Source: Planctomycetota bacterium (GTDB taxonomy: Bacteria > Planctomycetota > GCA-002687715 > DRQF01). From it: DNA of 53,822 nucleotides. Positions 11,201 through 21,802 of this stretch are shown piece after piece. A model generated the notes under the pieces. It did not search any database and was not told the DNA's origin. It saw nothing but the letters and a program-made list of their open reading frames with translations. How positions within the stretch are numbered: the first letter of the stretch is position 1; the number at the start of each line of letters is the position of its first letter. Location: positions 1 to 53,822 of the forward strand of contig JAZGFI010000198.1 of assembly GCA_036479435.1 (NCBI GenBank), given 5' to 3'. A program made the translations under genes and the position numbers.

Positions 11201-11978
11201 GCCGACTGGTGTGCTCGAGATGGTGAAGATCTTTGTCGCCACCAAGCGTCAGTTGTCGGTCGGAGACAAGGTCGCCGGGCGTCACGGTAATAAAGGGGTT
11301 ATCGCCCGCATTCTTCCTCAAGAAGACATGCCATTCAGTGAAGACGGGGTGCCTTTAGACATCTGCCTGAACCCGCTTGGCGTTCCGAGTCGAATGAACG
11401 TTGGTCAGATCCTTGAGACTCACTTGGGCTGGGCGGCGATGACGCTTGGGTTCCAAGCCTTGACGCCAGCGTTTGACGGCGCCAAGGAAACGGACATCGA
11501 AAAGGCTCTCGAAGAAGCGGGCTTGCCGACGGACGGAAAAGTCCAGCTTCGCGATGGTCGCACCGGCGCGAAGTTCGAACAGCGAACGACAGTCGGCTAC
11601 ATGTACATGTTGAAGCTGCACCACTTGGTGGACGAAAAAGTCCACGCCCGTGCGACGGGTCCCTACTCCCTCATCACCCAGCAGCCGCTGGGGGGCAAGG
11701 CTCGCTTCGGCGGCCAGCGCTTTGGAGAGATGGAAGTCTGGGCGCTCGAAGCTTACGGCGCAGCCTACATTCTGCAGGAACTCCTCACCGTCAAGTCCGA
11801 TGACGTCGAGGGGCGTACCAAGATCTACGAGTCCATGGTCAAGGGCGAGAACACGCTCGAAGCCGGCACGCCGGTTTCCTTCGACGTTCTCTGCCACGAG
11901 CTTCGTGGACTTTGTTTGAACATTGAGCTCCACAAAAAAGCGATGGACGAAAACGAAATCGCCGCTTTGGGCGCCTGA
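8259..11978 (+). CDS. rpoB: DNA-directed RNA polymerase subunit beta
   Basis: '[10 protein letters not shown]', '[12 protein letters not shown]', '[17 protein letters not shown]'. Confidence 0.99.
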   Translation: MSRPPVPREQRVYGRHVDVIDVPDLIALQLNAYAEFLQPNRTPGERLPKGLEAIIGEVFPIRSYDKTLALEYLGYELGRPRYSPEECRSLRLTYSTPFKVRCRLNKAEPVEEEVYLGEIPIMVGGGEFIINGAERVIVSQLHRSPGVDFSVDVQANEKKLHSCWIIPERGSWIEIAVSKKDALHVKIDQSGKFLATTLLRAMDPAYSTDEDIIRLFHPTKKIKVDRRNNAKLKDMFVVGDIVDSESGEILISCGEQLTDEYLKILQESKLKQVEVIEKVTDFLILNTLREDTVKSHGDALLKIYSRFRPGNPPQIEKARDLFKEKFYDPARYRLGKVGRFRLNRKFGQEIDEEIMTLQAEDLTNSIKYILTLRSGEGELDDIDHLGNRRVRTIAELAADEFRKGFLKLRKTAQERMNIEKENITPRSLINAKTISSAIDYFFGRGELSQVVDQTNPLSQLTHERRLSALGPGGLNRKRAGFEVRDVHLSHYGRICPIETPEGTNIGLIASLGIYAKVDNYGFLITPYRVCKKSVVTDEVKWLRADEESQAIIVPADTKVDDKRKFDGAKVIGRVRGDFRFVDAKEVAYMDVSPKQIIGVSAALIPFLEHDDANRALMGSNMQRQAVPLLIPEVPAVATGMEADIAQNSGMVVRARNEGVVKRVTATEIQVGDDLYSLRKFVGLNERTCLNQRPIVREGDEVAAGAVIADGASTLGGQLALGRNILVGFMTWDGYNFEDAVLVSERLVKEDFFTSIHIDEFEIEIRETKLGREEFTRDIPNVPERALKNLDEGGVVRVGTRVKQGDILVGKVAPKSKNELSPEEKLLHAIFGRAGEDVKNDSLEASSGIDGIIIDTQKFSRKVNMTEEERQKNLAEIKKAETRFLNKYRETLSGLIDRLEEISKEDLNDSNSGEKITASSAENYYLCKLVREQILTAVDKQFSGARKRKQAMQAVDTYIERIDGFETEKTKLVNRLSRGDELPTGVLEMVKIFVATKRQLSVGDKVAGRHGNKGVIARILPQEDMPFSEDGVPLDICLNPLGVPSRMNVGQILETHLGWAAMTLGFQALTPAFDGAKETDIEKALEEAGLPTDGKVQLRDGRTGAKFEQRTTVGYMYMLKLHHLVDEKVHARATGPYSLITQQPLGGKARFGGQRFGEMEVWALEAYGAAYILQELLTVKSDDVEGRTKIYESMVKGENTLEAGTPVSFDVLCHELRGLCLNIELHKKAMDENEIAALGA

Positions 11979-11993
11979 CGCGAGGATTAATAA

Positions 11994-14900
11994 GTGGAAG
12001 CACGCGACAACAGTGTGAACGACTACGGATCGGTCACGATCCGGCTCGCATCACCGGCTGACATCCGCAACTGGTCCTACGGTGAAGTGAAGAAGCCCGA
12101 GACGATCAATTACCGAACCTACCGTTCGGAAAAGGATGGTCTCTTCTGCGAACGCATTTTTGGTCCGGAAAAGGACTGGGAATGCTCTTGCGGCAAGTAC
12201 AAGGGCATCAAGCACAAGGGCATCGTCTGCGATCGTTGTGGCGTCAAGGTCACGCATTCGCGTGAGCGTCGGACGCGGATGGGGCACATCAACCTCGCCG
12301 CACCGGTGGCTCACATTTGGTTCTTCAAGGCGATGCCTTCTCGCCTCGGCACAATGCTGGCGATGAAGACTTCGGACCTGGAAAAAGTCATCTATTTCCA
12401 GGACTACGTCGTCGTTGAGACCGGTAACCCGGAAGAGACGGGACTGCTGCCGCAGCAGTTGCTGAACGAAGAAGAGTACCGGGAAGCCAAGGGGCGTTTT
12501 GGCGACAAGTTCGAAGCGCTCATGGGTGCGGATGCCGTCAAGAAGCTGCTCTTAAAGCTCGACTTGAACAAGGCCTCGGAAGAGCTGCGCCAAGAGCTCG
12601 CGGAAACGCGCAGCAAGCAGCGCGCGAAGGACATCGTCAAGCGATTGAAGACGATCGAGGCGCTTCGAGATTCCGATAACCGCCCCGAGTGGATGATCCT
12701 CGACGTGATTCCGGTGATCCCGCCGGATTTGCGACCCTTGGTCCTGCTCGAGAGTGGCAACTTCGCGAGTTCGGATTTGAACGACCTTTATCGTCGTTTG
12801 ATCAACCGCAACAACCGCCTCAAGAAGTTCCTCGACCTCAACGCGCCGGAAGTCATCATCCGCAACGAAAAGCGCATGCTGCAGCAGTCGGTCGATGCCC
12901 TTTTCGACAATGCGCGTTGCCGCCGGAGCGTCCTCGGTTCGAACAACCGCCCGCTCAAGTCGTTAACCGACATGATCAAGGGTAAGCAGGGTCGCTTCCG
13001 CGAGAACCTTCTCGGAAAGCGCGTCGACTACTCGGCACGTTCGGTTATCGTCGTTGGCCCCGACTTGAAGATTCATCAGTGCGGTCTGCCTAAAAAGATC
13101 GCGCTTGAGTTGTACCAGCCCTTCATCATTCGCCGCCTTAAAGAGCTTGGCCACGCGGACACCATTCGCAGTGCCAAGAAGATGCTCGAGCGAAAAGATG
13201 ACGAGGTTTGGGATATCCTCGAAGAAGTGATCGACCAGCACCCGGTTCTTTTGAACCGTGCGCCGACGCTTCACCGCATGGGTATTCAGGCTTTTGAGCC
13301 CGTGCTCATCGAAGGCAACGCTATCCGTTTGCACCCTTTAGTGTGTACCGGATTCAACGCTGACTTTGACGGTGACCAGATGGCCGTCCACTTGCCGCTC
13401 TCTTTCGAGGCGCAGGTAGAAGCGCGGACCTTGATGTTGTCACCGAACAACATCTTCTCGCCCGCGAGTGGCCAACCGGTCATTTCGCCGACGCAGGATG
13501 TCGTGTTGGGTGGCTTTTACTTGACGTCCGATCACCCGCATGCGGTTTCCGTCGCGCGCGCCTTCGGATCGATGATGGCGGTCATCACGGCGTTTTCGAA
13601 CGGGAAAGTCAGGACGCACACCAAAGTGAAAGTGCGTTTCCGCGGCAAAAAGGACGTCTTGAATCGCGAAGGGCTCGTCGAACTTGAGGACGGCGAAATC
13701 GCCACGACCGTGGGTCGCGTTCTGTTCAACGACATCCTTCACCCCGATATGATTTTCTACAACGTCGAAATGACGAAGAAGATGCTCTCGCGCGTTATCG
13801 TCGACTGCAACAAGCGGCTCGGACGCAAGTGGACGCTTCAGCTGCTCGACGACTTGAAAGAAATCGGCTTTAAGTCTGCGACCCGCGCCGGTTTGTCGTT
13901 CGCCAAGAACGACATGCGCATGCCGGATCGCAAAAAGCAGATCGTTGAGACGACCGAAAAGCAAGTCTTGAAGATCGAATCGAACTACGCGTCTGGGGTC
14001 ATCACCGACGGCGAACGCTACAACCAAGTTATTGATGCCTGGACGCACGCTCGCGAGTTCATCGGCGAGGCGATGATGGCCGAGCTCAAAGATGACTTCG
14101 GTGAAGACGGCTTCACTGTGAACCCCATCTACATGATGGCGGAGTCGGGTGCTCGTGGATCGGTCGAACAGATTCGTCAGCTTGCTGGTATGCGTGGCCT
14201 CATGGCCAAGCCGAACGGCAAGATTATCGAGTCGCCAATTAAGGCCAACTTTCGCGAAGGGCTGCGCGTGCTCGAGTATTTCTCGTCCACGCACGGTGCT
14301 CGCAAGGGACTGGCGGATACGGCTCTCAAGACCGCTGACTCCGGATACCTCACTCGTAAGCTCACCGACGTAACGCAAAACGTCGTCGTTCGTGAACTTA
14401 ACTGCGGTACCACCCGCGGGATTTCCAAGAGTGCGGTCTTTAAGGGTGAGCACGTCGAAGTGTCGCTCGCGGACAACGTGCGCGGTCGCGGCTCGGCCGA
14501 CACCATCAAGGACGTCATCTCCGGAGCGATTATCGTCAAGGCTGGCGAGATCATCGGCGAGAAAGAAGCGGCCCGTATCGAAGAGCTGGGCTACGAGCGC
14601 GTTCGCGTTCGCAGCCCGCTGACCTGCGAAACGGCGCGCGGCGTTTGCGCCGCTTGCTACGGGCAGGACCTGTCGCGCAACCGCCGCGTTGAGATTGGTT
14701 CGGCCGTCGGCGTCATAGGCGCCCAGTCGATCGGTGAACCGGGAACTCAGCTCACGATGCGTACTTTCCACATTGGTGGAACGGCGAGTCGTTCGGTGGC
14801 TGAGACTCACATCACTTGTCGCGCCGAAGGCACCGTCGAGTTTCGCAACATCCGCACGGTGGAAACGCCGAATGGTTTGACGGTGCTCAACCGCAACGGT

Positions 14901-16103
14901 GAGATCGCGCTTATCGACGAAAAGGATCGTGAGCTCGAACGCTACACCGTGCCGCTCGGTTCTGAGATCGAAGTCGTGGCCGGATCGACGGTCAAGGGCA
15001 AGACGGTCTTGTGTCGTTGGGACCCTCACAACATCCCGATTATCGCGGAACGCCCCGGAAAAGTCCGCTTCGAGGACATCGTCGAAGGCGAGACCATGAA
15101 GCGGGAGAAAGATCCCGGGTCCAAAGTTCGCCGTATGGTGATCATGGAGCACAAAGGTGATTTGCATCCGCAGATCATCATTGAAGACGACGATGGCAAC
15201 CCCATTGGGCTTTATCCGATTCCGGAAAAAGCTCACCTTGAGGTCAAGGACGGCAAGAAGATCAAAGCTGGTTCGCTATTGGCGAAAACGCCGCGTGAGA
15301 TCACGGGTACGCAGGACATCACGGGTGGTTTGCCTCGCGTCACCGAGCTCTTCGAAGCTCGCGTGCCGAAGGATCCCTCGGTCATCGCCGAAATCGACGG
15401 CACCGTCGAGCTTGGCGACAAAAAACGTGGCAAGCGCGTCATCATCGTTAAGGGTGAAGGCGGCATGGAGCGTGCGCACCTCGTGCCGCACTCCAAGCAC
15501 CTTCGAGTTCACCGCGGCGACTTTGTTCGCTCTGGTGAAGCGCTTATCGACGGTTCGCCAATCCCGCACGACATCCTTCGGATTTCGGGTATGGATGCCC
15601 TGCACGAGTACTTGCTGCGGGAGATCCAATCGGTCTACCGTTCGCAGGGCGTCCGGATCGATGACAAGCACATCGAAATCGTGGTCGCCCAGATGCTCCG
15701 CAAGGTGCGCGTTGAAAACCCGGGTGACACCGAGTTCCTCACCGGCTACGTCGTCGACAAGCACGTCTTCAAAGAAGCCAACGACAAGGTCAAAAGGGCC
15801 AAGGGTAAGCCGGCAACGGCGCAGCCCCTGCTGCTTGGCATCACGAAGGCCGCGCTCCAAAGCGAGTCCTTCATCTCGGCGGCATCTTTTCAGGAAACCA
15901 CCAAGGTCCTCACCGAAGCTGCCCTCGCCGGCAAGTCAGATGAGCTCCGCGGTCTGAAGGAAAACGTCATCCTCGGCCACCTCATTCCCGCCGGCACCGG
16001 CTTCACTGACTACCACGCGACGCTCATCAAGCATCAGTGGGAAGACGAAGAAGTCGAAGAGAAGAAAAAGACCCCAGAGAAGGCCGCCGAAGAAGCCGTC
16101 TAA
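11994..16103 (+). CDS. rpoC: DNA-directed RNA polymerase subunit beta'
   Basis: Zn finger 'CSCGKY...CDRC'; catalytic 'NADFDGD'; '[13 protein letters not shown]'; GTG start. Confidence 0.99.
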   Translation: MEARDNSVNDYGSVTIRLASPADIRNWSYGEVKKPETINYRTYRSEKDGLFCERIFGPEKDWECSCGKYKGIKHKGIVCDRCGVKVTHSRERRTRMGHINLAAPVAHIWFFKAMPSRLGTMLAMKTSDLEKVIYFQDYVVVETGNPEETGLLPQQLLNEEEYREAKGRFGDKFEALMGADAVKKLLLKLDLNKASEELRQELAETRSKQRAKDIVKRLKTIEALRDSDNRPEWMILDVIPVIPPDLRPLVLLESGNFASSDLNDLYRRLINRNNRLKKFLDLNAPEVIIRNEKRMLQQSVDALFDNARCRRSVLGSNNRPLKSLTDMIKGKQGRFRENLLGKRVDYSARSVIVVGPDLKIHQCGLPKKIALELYQPFIIRRLKELGHADTIRSAKKMLERKDDEVWDILEEVIDQHPVLLNRAPTLHRMGIQAFEPVLIEGNAIRLHPLVCTGFNADFDGDQMAVHLPLSFEAQVEARTLMLSPNNIFSPASGQPVISPTQDVVLGGFYLTSDHPHAVSVARAFGSMMAVITAFSNGKVRTHTKVKVRFRGKKDVLNREGLVELEDGEIATTVGRVLFNDILHPDMIFYNVEMTKKMLSRVIVDCNKRLGRKWTLQLLDDLKEIGFKSATRAGLSFAKNDMRMPDRKKQIVETTEKQVLKIESNYASGVITDGERYNQVIDAWTHAREFIGEAMMAELKDDFGEDGFTVNPIYMMAESGARGSVEQIRQLAGMRGLMAKPNGKIIESPIKANFREGLRVLEYFSSTHGARKGLADTALKTADSGYLTRKLTDVTQNVVVRELNCGTTRGISKSAVFKGEHVEVSLADNVRGRGSADTIKDVISGAIIVKAGEIIGEKEAARIEELGYERVRVRSPLTCETARGVCAACYGQDLSRNRRVEIGSAVGVIGAQSIGEPGTQLTMRTFHIGGTASRSVAETHITCRAEGTVEFRNIRTVETPNGLTVLNRNGEIALIDEKDRELERYTVPLGSEIEVVAGSTVKGKTVLCRWDPHNIPIIAERPGKVRFEDIVEGETMKREKDPGSKVRRMVIMEHKGDLHPQIIIEDDDGNPIGLYPIPEKAHLEVKDGKKIKAGSLLAKTPREITGTQDITGGLPRVTELFEARVPKDPSVIAEIDGTVELGDKKRGKRVIIVKGEGGMERAHLVPHSKHLRVHRGDFVRSGEALIDGSPIPHDILRISGMDALHEYLLREIQSVYRSQGVRIDDKHIEIVVAQMLRKVRVENPGDTEFLTGYVVDKHVFKEANDKVKRAKGKPATAQPLLLGITKAALQSESFISAASFQETTKVLTEAALAGKSDELRGLKENVILGHLIPAGTGFTDYHATLIKHQWEDEEVEEKKKTPEKAAEEAV

Positions 16104-16129
16104 ACTTCTTTCAGGTCTAAGAGAATCTC

Positions 16130-16166
16130 GAGGCGTCGTGCCCACCCGCGCGACGCCTCTCTTTTT
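16130..16166 (+). terminator. Intrinsic terminator after rpoC
   Basis: GAGGCGTCGTGC/GCGCGACGCCTC 12-bp stem followed by TCTTTTT. Confidence 0.8.
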
Positions 16167-16246
16167 GGGCGTCTTAGGTTCGAGGTTTGCTGTTTGAGTT
16201 GCCTGAACTCGGCGTACTCAATCGCTATGGCGCTGAGTGTTGAGGG

Positions 16247-16864
16247 CTAGATGTCCGTCAAGAAGTCGGCAGCAGTACCGATGAAGAGGCCATTCTGGGC
16301 TCGAATGATGTCGTCTAAGCTGACGTTCTCAGCGAGCTGTGGCAATGACTGTTGGTCCGGTCCCATGCTATAGAAGTCGTAGTCTCCGTTGATGCCACCA
16401 AGATTCGGCTGGAGTCTCTGGCCGCTGATCGTCTCACCAGCTGCGGCTACTTGTGCTCCGCGGCCTCGCACTCCATAGGCGTGTTTTTTTCCCTTTCCTT
16501 TGCCGTTGCCCAGGCCCTTGGGGAGAGGTTTTCCGCCACTACCTCCGGCGACAACTGGGTCATCGTCACCGTCTTCCTGCAGGTTTAGGAAGACGTACTG
16601 GTTGCCCCAGGGGTCAATAGCGTCGTCGTACCCGATGTCTGCCAAGGAGTGTGGGACCGTTCCAGTTTGGGCAATGTGCATGTCGATCGCGTTGGAGATC
16701 GACTCGATGTCCGATACCGCAGCCTTCACTTTGGCTCCGACCACCATCCCTTGGTAGACGGGAACGGCCATGGCGGCCATGAGGGCCATCACCACCATGA
16801 CGATCATCAATTCAACAGCGGTGAATCCATCGGTGGCACCCGAGCGGATGTCTCTTGCGTGCAT
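16247..16864 (-). CDS. Prepilin-type (GspG/PulG-like) pseudopilin
   Basis: Class III signal 'G^FTAVELMIVMVVMALMAAMAVP' with Glu5; 'DPWGNQY'; 'YDFYSMGPD...DDI'. Confidence 0.85.
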   Translation of the reverse strand: MHARDIRSGATDGFTAVELMIVMVVMALMAAMAVPVYQGMVVGAKVKAAVSDIESISNAIDMHIAQTGTVPHSLADIGYDDAIDPWGNQYVFLNLQEDGDDDPVVAGGSGGKPLPKGLGNGKGKGKKHAYGVRGRGAQVAAAGETISGQRLQPNLGGINGDYDFYSMGPDQQSLPQLAENVSLDDIIRAQNGLFIGTAADFLTDI

Positions 16865-17019
16865 ATTCCCAACTCCTTTTCCTCTGCCGCTCTTATCGGC
16901 GACTTTCCCCCCTTGGATTTAGGGTAACTACCGAGTCTCAAACCGTCGCTTTCTCGCGTTGTAGGCATTCTCAGCTATCCTTAGGCATCCCCGGCGCCCG
17001 AAATTCATCAGAGGTCCTC

Positions 17020-18231
17020 TTGGTGCTGAAGCTTTGTCCGTCGTTTCTTGTTGGGGCCTTCGCGTCGATCTTGCTGATTCTTGGGGCTTGCGTGGCCACC
17101 CCGCGCCACCAGCTGCCGCGACATTTGGCGGAGAAAGGGGTCATCCCGGGTTTTTCAGGGGTCCGGGCTACGGCGGGGCGTGTTGATCCTGGTTTTCAGC
17201 GAAGCCTAAAAGAAGCCACTCAGCTGCGCGCCTTGACCGCGCCGGGTAAAAGAGAACATGCTCTTTTGGCGCTGTCCGGGGGAGGGGGTAACGGTGCCTT
17301 TTCGGTGGGCATCTTGAACGGTTGGAGCAAGACCGGGACGCGTCCGGAGTTCGATTTGGTGACCGGAGTGTCGACGGGAGCTTTGATCGCGCCGATGGCA
17401 TTTCTGGGCGAAAAGTACGACGCCCTGTTGAGAGACGAGTACACGACCATCACCTCGGATGACATCTTCGTGGAAAAGAGCCTGATCTCTTTGATCGGCG
17501 ACGATTCTTTAGCGGATAGCGCTCCCTTGGCCAAACGCCTGCAGCGCATTGTTACGGATGAGTTTCTCGATGAAATTGCCGCCGCTCATCAGCAGGGCCG
17601 CCGGCTCTACGTCGGGACCACTCGCCTTGATACTCAACAGTTTGTCGTGTGGGACATGGGCGCCATTGCGAGTTCGAAGCAGCCGAACCGTGGTGAATTC
17701 TTTTGCCAGATCATGCTGGCTTCTGCTTCTGTCCCCACTTTTTTTCCGCCCCAGTACATCGAGGTTGAGGTGGACGGTGAAACCTACGACGAGATGCATG
17801 TCGACGGCAGCGTCATTGCGAACGTTTTTTTGCACGGCTTCGTGTTGGATTTGAGCGGCCTGCGGAAAGATCTCGGCCTCTCTGGTTTTTATCCGATTAC
17901 GCTCTACACGATTCGGAACAGTCAAATCCGCTCGGGCTGGGAACCCATTCCGAGAAAAATCCTCCCCATCGCCGAGCGATCGGTGATGACCTTGCTCGAT
18001 TCCGGAGCCGTCGGGGATCTCTATCGGATTTTCTCCCTCTGCCGCCGCGACGGCATCGAGTTCCGAATGGTCGCGATCCCGCCGAATTTCACCTTCCAAA
18101 AGAAAGAGATCTTCGACCAGGACGACATGAAGAGCCTCTACAAGTTCGGTTTCGAGCGCGCCCAAAAAGCAAATCTCTGGAAGCGCGAACCCCCCGGCTG
18201 GGGCACCCAATCACCGCCCCTCAGCAACTAA
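17020..18231 (+). CDS. Patatin-like phospholipase, probable lipoprotein
   Basis: 'LSGGGGNGAF' oxyanion motif; 'GVSTG' nucleophile; 'DGS' in place of DGG; lipobox-like 'LGAC'; start assigned to TTG 17020 or GTG 17023 after GAGG. Confidence 0.88.
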   Translation: MVLKLCPSFLVGAFASILLILGACVATPRHQLPRHLAEKGVIPGFSGVRATAGRVDPGFQRSLKEATQLRALTAPGKREHALLALSGGGGNGAFSVGILNGWSKTGTRPEFDLVTGVSTGALIAPMAFLGEKYDALLRDEYTTITSDDIFVEKSLISLIGDDSLADSAPLAKRLQRIVTDEFLDEIAAAHQQGRRLYVGTTRLDTQQFVVWDMGAIASSKQPNRGEFFCQIMLASASVPTFFPPQYIEVEVDGETYDEMHVDGSVIANVFLHGFVLDLSGLRKDLGLSGFYPITLYTIRNSQIRSGWEPIPRKILPIAERSVMTLLDSGAVGDLYRIFSLCRRDGIEFRMVAIPPNFTFQKKEIFDQDDMKSLYKFGFERAQKANLWKREPPGWGTQSPPLSN

Positions 18232-18238
18232 GCAACTA

Positions 18239-18281
18239 AAAACCCTGTCAATTTGGGTCAGACCAAAGTCAACAGGGTTTA
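18239..18281. terminator. Inverted repeat between convergent genes (possible bidirectional terminator)
   Basis: AAACCCTGT...ACAGGGTTT with inner TTTGG/CCAAA pairing. Confidence 0.5.
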
Positions 18282-18758
18282 GGGGGTGGCGGGACGGAGG
18301 TCGTAGGCGGGGCCGCCGGCGATGGCGTCGCCGCAGGATTCCGGATTGGATGCGTCCAAAGGGCCGGCTTCGCTGGTGGAAGTTGCGGCCTTGCCGTTTA
18401 GGTGTGCCACGACTTTGGAAACCAATTCGCGGGCTTCCAAAGGAGAGGACAAGTACTCCTGCGCTCCGACCGCGGAGGCCTCGCAAGCGTATTCTGGGGA
18501 TTGAAAGATCCCGGCGCAAAGCAGGATCGGCAACTCAGAGGCGTCGAAGCGCGTCCGTAATCGGCGGCAGACTTCGAAACCGTTGGGTCCGTCCAAAAGG
18601 ACGTCCATCACCACGAGATCGGGCGCAGAACGCTCAACTTCGGTCAGACAGGCTTCGCTGTCGTTGATCATGGCGACCTCGAATCCAGAGCGTTCTAAGA
18701 ATCGCCGCCGGGTGCCGCGTTGGGTTTGTCGGTCGTGAACAATGAGAATTCGTTTCAT
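18279..18758 (-). CDS. Atypical single-domain response regulator (receiver fold)
   Basis: 'KRILIV', 'PDLVVMDVLL..PNGFEVCRRLR', 'LPILL', 'GAQEYL'; ATGA overlap with the upstream ATPase. Confidence 0.85.
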   Translation of the reverse strand: MKRILIVHDRQTQRGTRRRFLERSGFEVAMINDSEACLTEVERSAPDLVVMDVLLDGPNGFEVCRRLRTRFDASELPILLCAGIFQSPEYACEASAVGAQEYLSSPLEARELVSKVVAHLNGKAATSTSEAGPLDASNPESCGDAIAGGPAYDLRPATP

Positions 18759-20488
18759 CGGATGGACCTGCTCATAGTTACCGCAAGGACTTCTTCAAGG
18801 GTGGTTTGGCCAGCCAGCACTTTTTGGAGGCCGTCTTCGCGAAGAGTTCGCATGCCAGCATCGCGAGCTGCGGCGTAAAGTTCGCCGGAGCTTTTTCGCT
18901 GGCTGACGTAGTCGTAGATGTCGGGCGACATCGCGAGAATTTCACAAAGGGCCAGGCGACCCCTGAATCCGGTGTTGGCGCACTCGTCACAGCCGGTGCC
19001 GTGAAAGAAGGGCCCATCGCTTAATTGGAGGCCCATTGACTGGAGGAGGCGATCGGCGGGTTGGACTTGAGTGCGGCAGGATCGGCAGATGCGGCGCACC
19101 AGCCGTTGGGAAATGACCGCACGCAGAGTGTCCGCAAGAAGATGGCGATCAACGCCCAGATCTTGGAGGCGAATGATGGTCTCGGCGGTACCGACCGTGG
19201 CCAGTGAAGACAACACAAGGTGACCGGTGAGCGAGGCCGTGACGGCGGTGCGCGCCGTTTTCGCGTCACGAATTTCGCCGATCATGATGATATCGGGGTC
19301 GAGGCGAAGGACGGCGCGGAGCCCCTCTTCAAATCCTAAGCCGATCCTAGGATTGGCTCCGATTTGAAAGGCCTCTTCGATCTCGCTCTCGACGGGATCT
19401 TCGAGCGTGACGATCTTCCGCTCTTCGGAATTCAGTTCGCGCAACATGCCGTAAAGAGTCGTAGTCTTGCCGCTGCCCGAAGGCCCCGTGGCGAGAATGA
19501 ACCCATCCCGTGCGCCAAATGCCGTGCGCATGTTGGCGAGTTGATCGGGATCAAAGCCGAGCTGGTCGAGCCCCATGATTTGGCGACCACCGTCGAAGAC
19601 GCGAAGGGCGGCCCCTTCGCCTTCCAAGGTGTTGGATGTCGCGATGCGCAAGTCGACGCGCCGACCCTCCACGTCGAAAAGGATGCGGCCGTCCTGAGGC
19701 AGACGTCGTTGCATGATGTCGAGGTCGGCCATGATTTTCAGCCGCGACAGGCATGGCCTCAACCATGATTTTGGCAGGCAGCAACGCTCTCGCAGTGAGC
19801 CGTCAACTCGGTAACGAACGACAAAACTGTGTCGGCGCGGCTCGAGATGAATGTCACTCGCGCGTGATTTACAGGCATCTTCGATGATGCCGCGTAGCAA
19901 ACGGATAACCGGTTGTTCGCCTTTGCCGTCATCGAATCGCTCAAGATCACCGGCCGTTTTTTGGCTGAGCCCCATTCGTACGGGGTCGCAGCCCGCGACG
20001 ACATCGTCGAGAGTCGAGGGAGCCTCGAATCCCTTCGGAAAGAAATGGTCGAGGCAGGACTCGATCATTCCGGGACCGGCATGGACCGGGAATACCGGTG
20101 TCCCCAAACGCCGGCCGATTTCATCGATGACGGATGTATCGGATGGATCTTCCATCGCGACTGTCGTGACGCCCGCGATTCGGTTGATCGCAATGGACGA
20201 CAAGCGCCACGAGGTCTCTGCGCCGAGATCTCGCACCACCTCCTGGTCGACGATCTCCCGGTGCAGCTCAATAGCCGGAATGCGGCCTTGAGCGCCGAGC
20301 GCTTCGGCCAGTTCTAATTCGGTACAAAATTTGAGTCCGACCAGAGCTTGGCCGAGCTTCAATCCCAGTTCGCGTTGATGGGCGAGTGCCTCGTCAAGCT
20401 GCTGGACGTCAATAATGCCTCGCTCAATGAGGATCTCACCGAGCGGCGCATGTTCGACCTCTGTGGCTCCGGGCGCATAGATGGACAA
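18755..20488 (-). CDS. GspE/PilB-family secretion ATPase with N-terminal MshEN-like domain
   Basis: 'ASDIHLEP', 'RRLPQDGR', Walker A 'GPSGSGKTT', 'TLEDPVE', 'DPDIIMIGEIRD', tetracysteine CRSC/CDEC. Confidence 0.93.
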   Translation of the reverse strand: MSIYAPGATEVEHAPLGEILIERGIIDVQQLDEALAHQRELGLKLGQALVGLKFCTELELAEALGAQGRIPAIELHREIVDQEVVRDLGAETSWRLSSIAINRIAGVTTVAMEDPSDTSVIDEIGRRLGTPVFPVHAGPGMIESCLDHFFPKGFEAPSTLDDVVAGCDPVRMGLSQKTAGDLERFDDGKGEQPVIRLLRGIIEDACKSRASDIHLEPRRHSFVVRYRVDGSLRERCCLPKSWLRPCLSRLKIMADLDIMQRRLPQDGRILFDVEGRRVDLRIATSNTLEGEGAALRVFDGGRQIMGLDQLGFDPDQLANMRTAFGARDGFILATGPSGSGKTTTLYGMLRELNSEERKIVTLEDPVESEIEEAFQIGANPRIGLGFEEGLRAVLRLDPDIIMIGEIRDAKTARTAVTASLTGHLVLSSLATVGTAETIIRLQDLGVDRHLLADTLRAVISQRLVRRICRSCRTQVQPADRLLQSMGLQLSDGPFFHGTGCDECANTGFRGRLALCEILAMSPDIYDYVSQRKSSGELYAAARDAGMRTLREDGLQKVLAGQTTLEEVLAVTMSRSIR

Positions 20489-20738
20489 TGGTTTTACCTT
20501 CCTACAGCCTTGGGGGTCTTTTGGAAGACCCGGTTCCCTCAGGAGAACTTTCGGCTTAACTACCCGCTGCGGTTAAGCGCCTCTGGGCATTTATTCAATT
20601 CGGGGCAAAGTAAGGGGCGCTAAGCTTAAGTACTGGCCTCCAAACGTGCTACAACGAAGGCTTGAAGCCTGAAAGCGGAAAACGGCGCCGCCCGCAAGAG
20701 CAAAACACTCGGCAAATGCGGTGAGCGGTGAACGCAAC

Positions 20739-20766
20739 TTGAAGCTCTGGCGCGAATTCCTATGAT
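20739..20766 (+). promoter_or_regulatory. sigma70-type promoter of the str operon
   Basis: TTGAAG-N16-TATGAT ending 83 nt upstream of rpsL. Confidence 0.6.
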
Positions 20767-20849
20767 TTGCGTCCCCCACCTAAGCTACGGGCTTAAGAGG
20801 GGGCTAGTACGGATGCGTAAGCTCCCTAACAAACAGGATTTACGTCGAT

Positions 20850-21224
20850 ATGCCGACGATCAATCAGCTGGTTCGCAAGGGCCGGAAACAGATCAAAAAG
20901 AAGAGCAAGGCCCCGGTCTTGGAGTCCTGCCCCCAAAAAAGTGGGGTTTGCCTCCAGGTAAAGACCCAAACGCCGAAAAAGCCGAACTCCGCGCTTCGTA
21001 AGATTGCGCGTGTCCGACTGTCAAACGGCAAAGAAATCACGGCCTACATCCCGGGCGAAGGCCACAACCTCCAAGAGCACAGCATTGTGCTGATTCGCGG
21101 AGGACGTGTTCGCGACCTGCCGGGCGTGCGCTACCACGTGCTACGGGGTGCGCTTGACGCCTCCGGTGTCGACGATCGCCGCCGCAGTCGTTCGAAGTAC
21201 GGCACGAAGCGACCCAAGAACTAA
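20850..21224 (+). CDS. rpsL: 30S ribosomal protein S12
   Basis: 'MPTINQLVR', '[11 protein letters not shown]', 'GGRVRDLPG'. Confidence 0.99.
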   Translation: MPTINQLVRKGRKQIKKKSKAPVLESCPQKSGVCLQVKTQTPKKPNSALRKIARVRLSNGKEITAYIPGEGHNLQEHSIVLIRGGRVRDLPGVRYHVLRGALDASGVDDRRRSRSKYGTKRPKN

Positions 21225-21241
21225 ACTGGAGAGCCTGAAAA

Positions 21242-21715
21242 GTGCCCAGGAAGTACAACTCAACCGAGCGTTTTCTGAAAGCCGACCCGGTCTACGGAAG
21301 CCGACTCGTTTCGAAGTTCATCAACTGCTTGATGCTCGATGGCAAAAAAGCCACCGCGCAGAAGGTCTTTTATGACGCGATGAAGATCGTGGAAAAAAAG
21401 GTCCCGGATGCGCCGCCCGTCGAGGTGTTCTTGCAGGCGATCGACAATCTGAAACCCGTCATCGAAGTGCGCTCGAAGCGTGTCGGCGGTGCGACTTATC
21501 AGGTCCCGATCGAAGTGAAGAAGAGTCGCCAGCAGGCGCTCGCATTTCGTTGGCTTTTGGAAGTGATCCGCAAGAAGAAGGGTCGTCCAACTTCCATCTT
21601 CCTCGCTGACGAGATTTCGTCGGCGTGGAAACGTGAGGGTGCCGCGATGACCATTCGCGAAAACACTCACAAGATGGCAGACGCCAACAAGATGAACGCT
21701 CACTTCGCCTGGTAG
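21242..21715 (+). CDS. rpsG: 30S ribosomal protein S7
   Basis: 'EVRSKRVGGATYQVP', 'HKMADANK'; GTG start. Confidence 0.99.
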   Translation: MPRKYNSTERFLKADPVYGSRLVSKFINCLMLDGKKATAQKVFYDAMKIVEKKVPDAPPVEVFLQAIDNLKPVIEVRSKRVGGATYQVPIEVKKSRQQALAFRWLLEVIRKKKGRPTSIFLADEISSAWKREGAAMTIRENTHKMADANKMNAHFAW

Positions 21716-21802
21716 AAGACGAGTCGGGGAGCTGTGAGTGTGCTTAGGCGCATCACCAACGTGATCCGACTCGGGCGAAAAGGATCGTAGAAGAGATCAG
21801 GC

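Noticed and set aside
13440..15236. Long antisense ORFs over rpoC, and similar ones over tuf, rpoB, mutS2 and dnaE
   Set aside because: Shadow ORFs from GC-rich codon bias opposite conserved genes; no recognisable motifs
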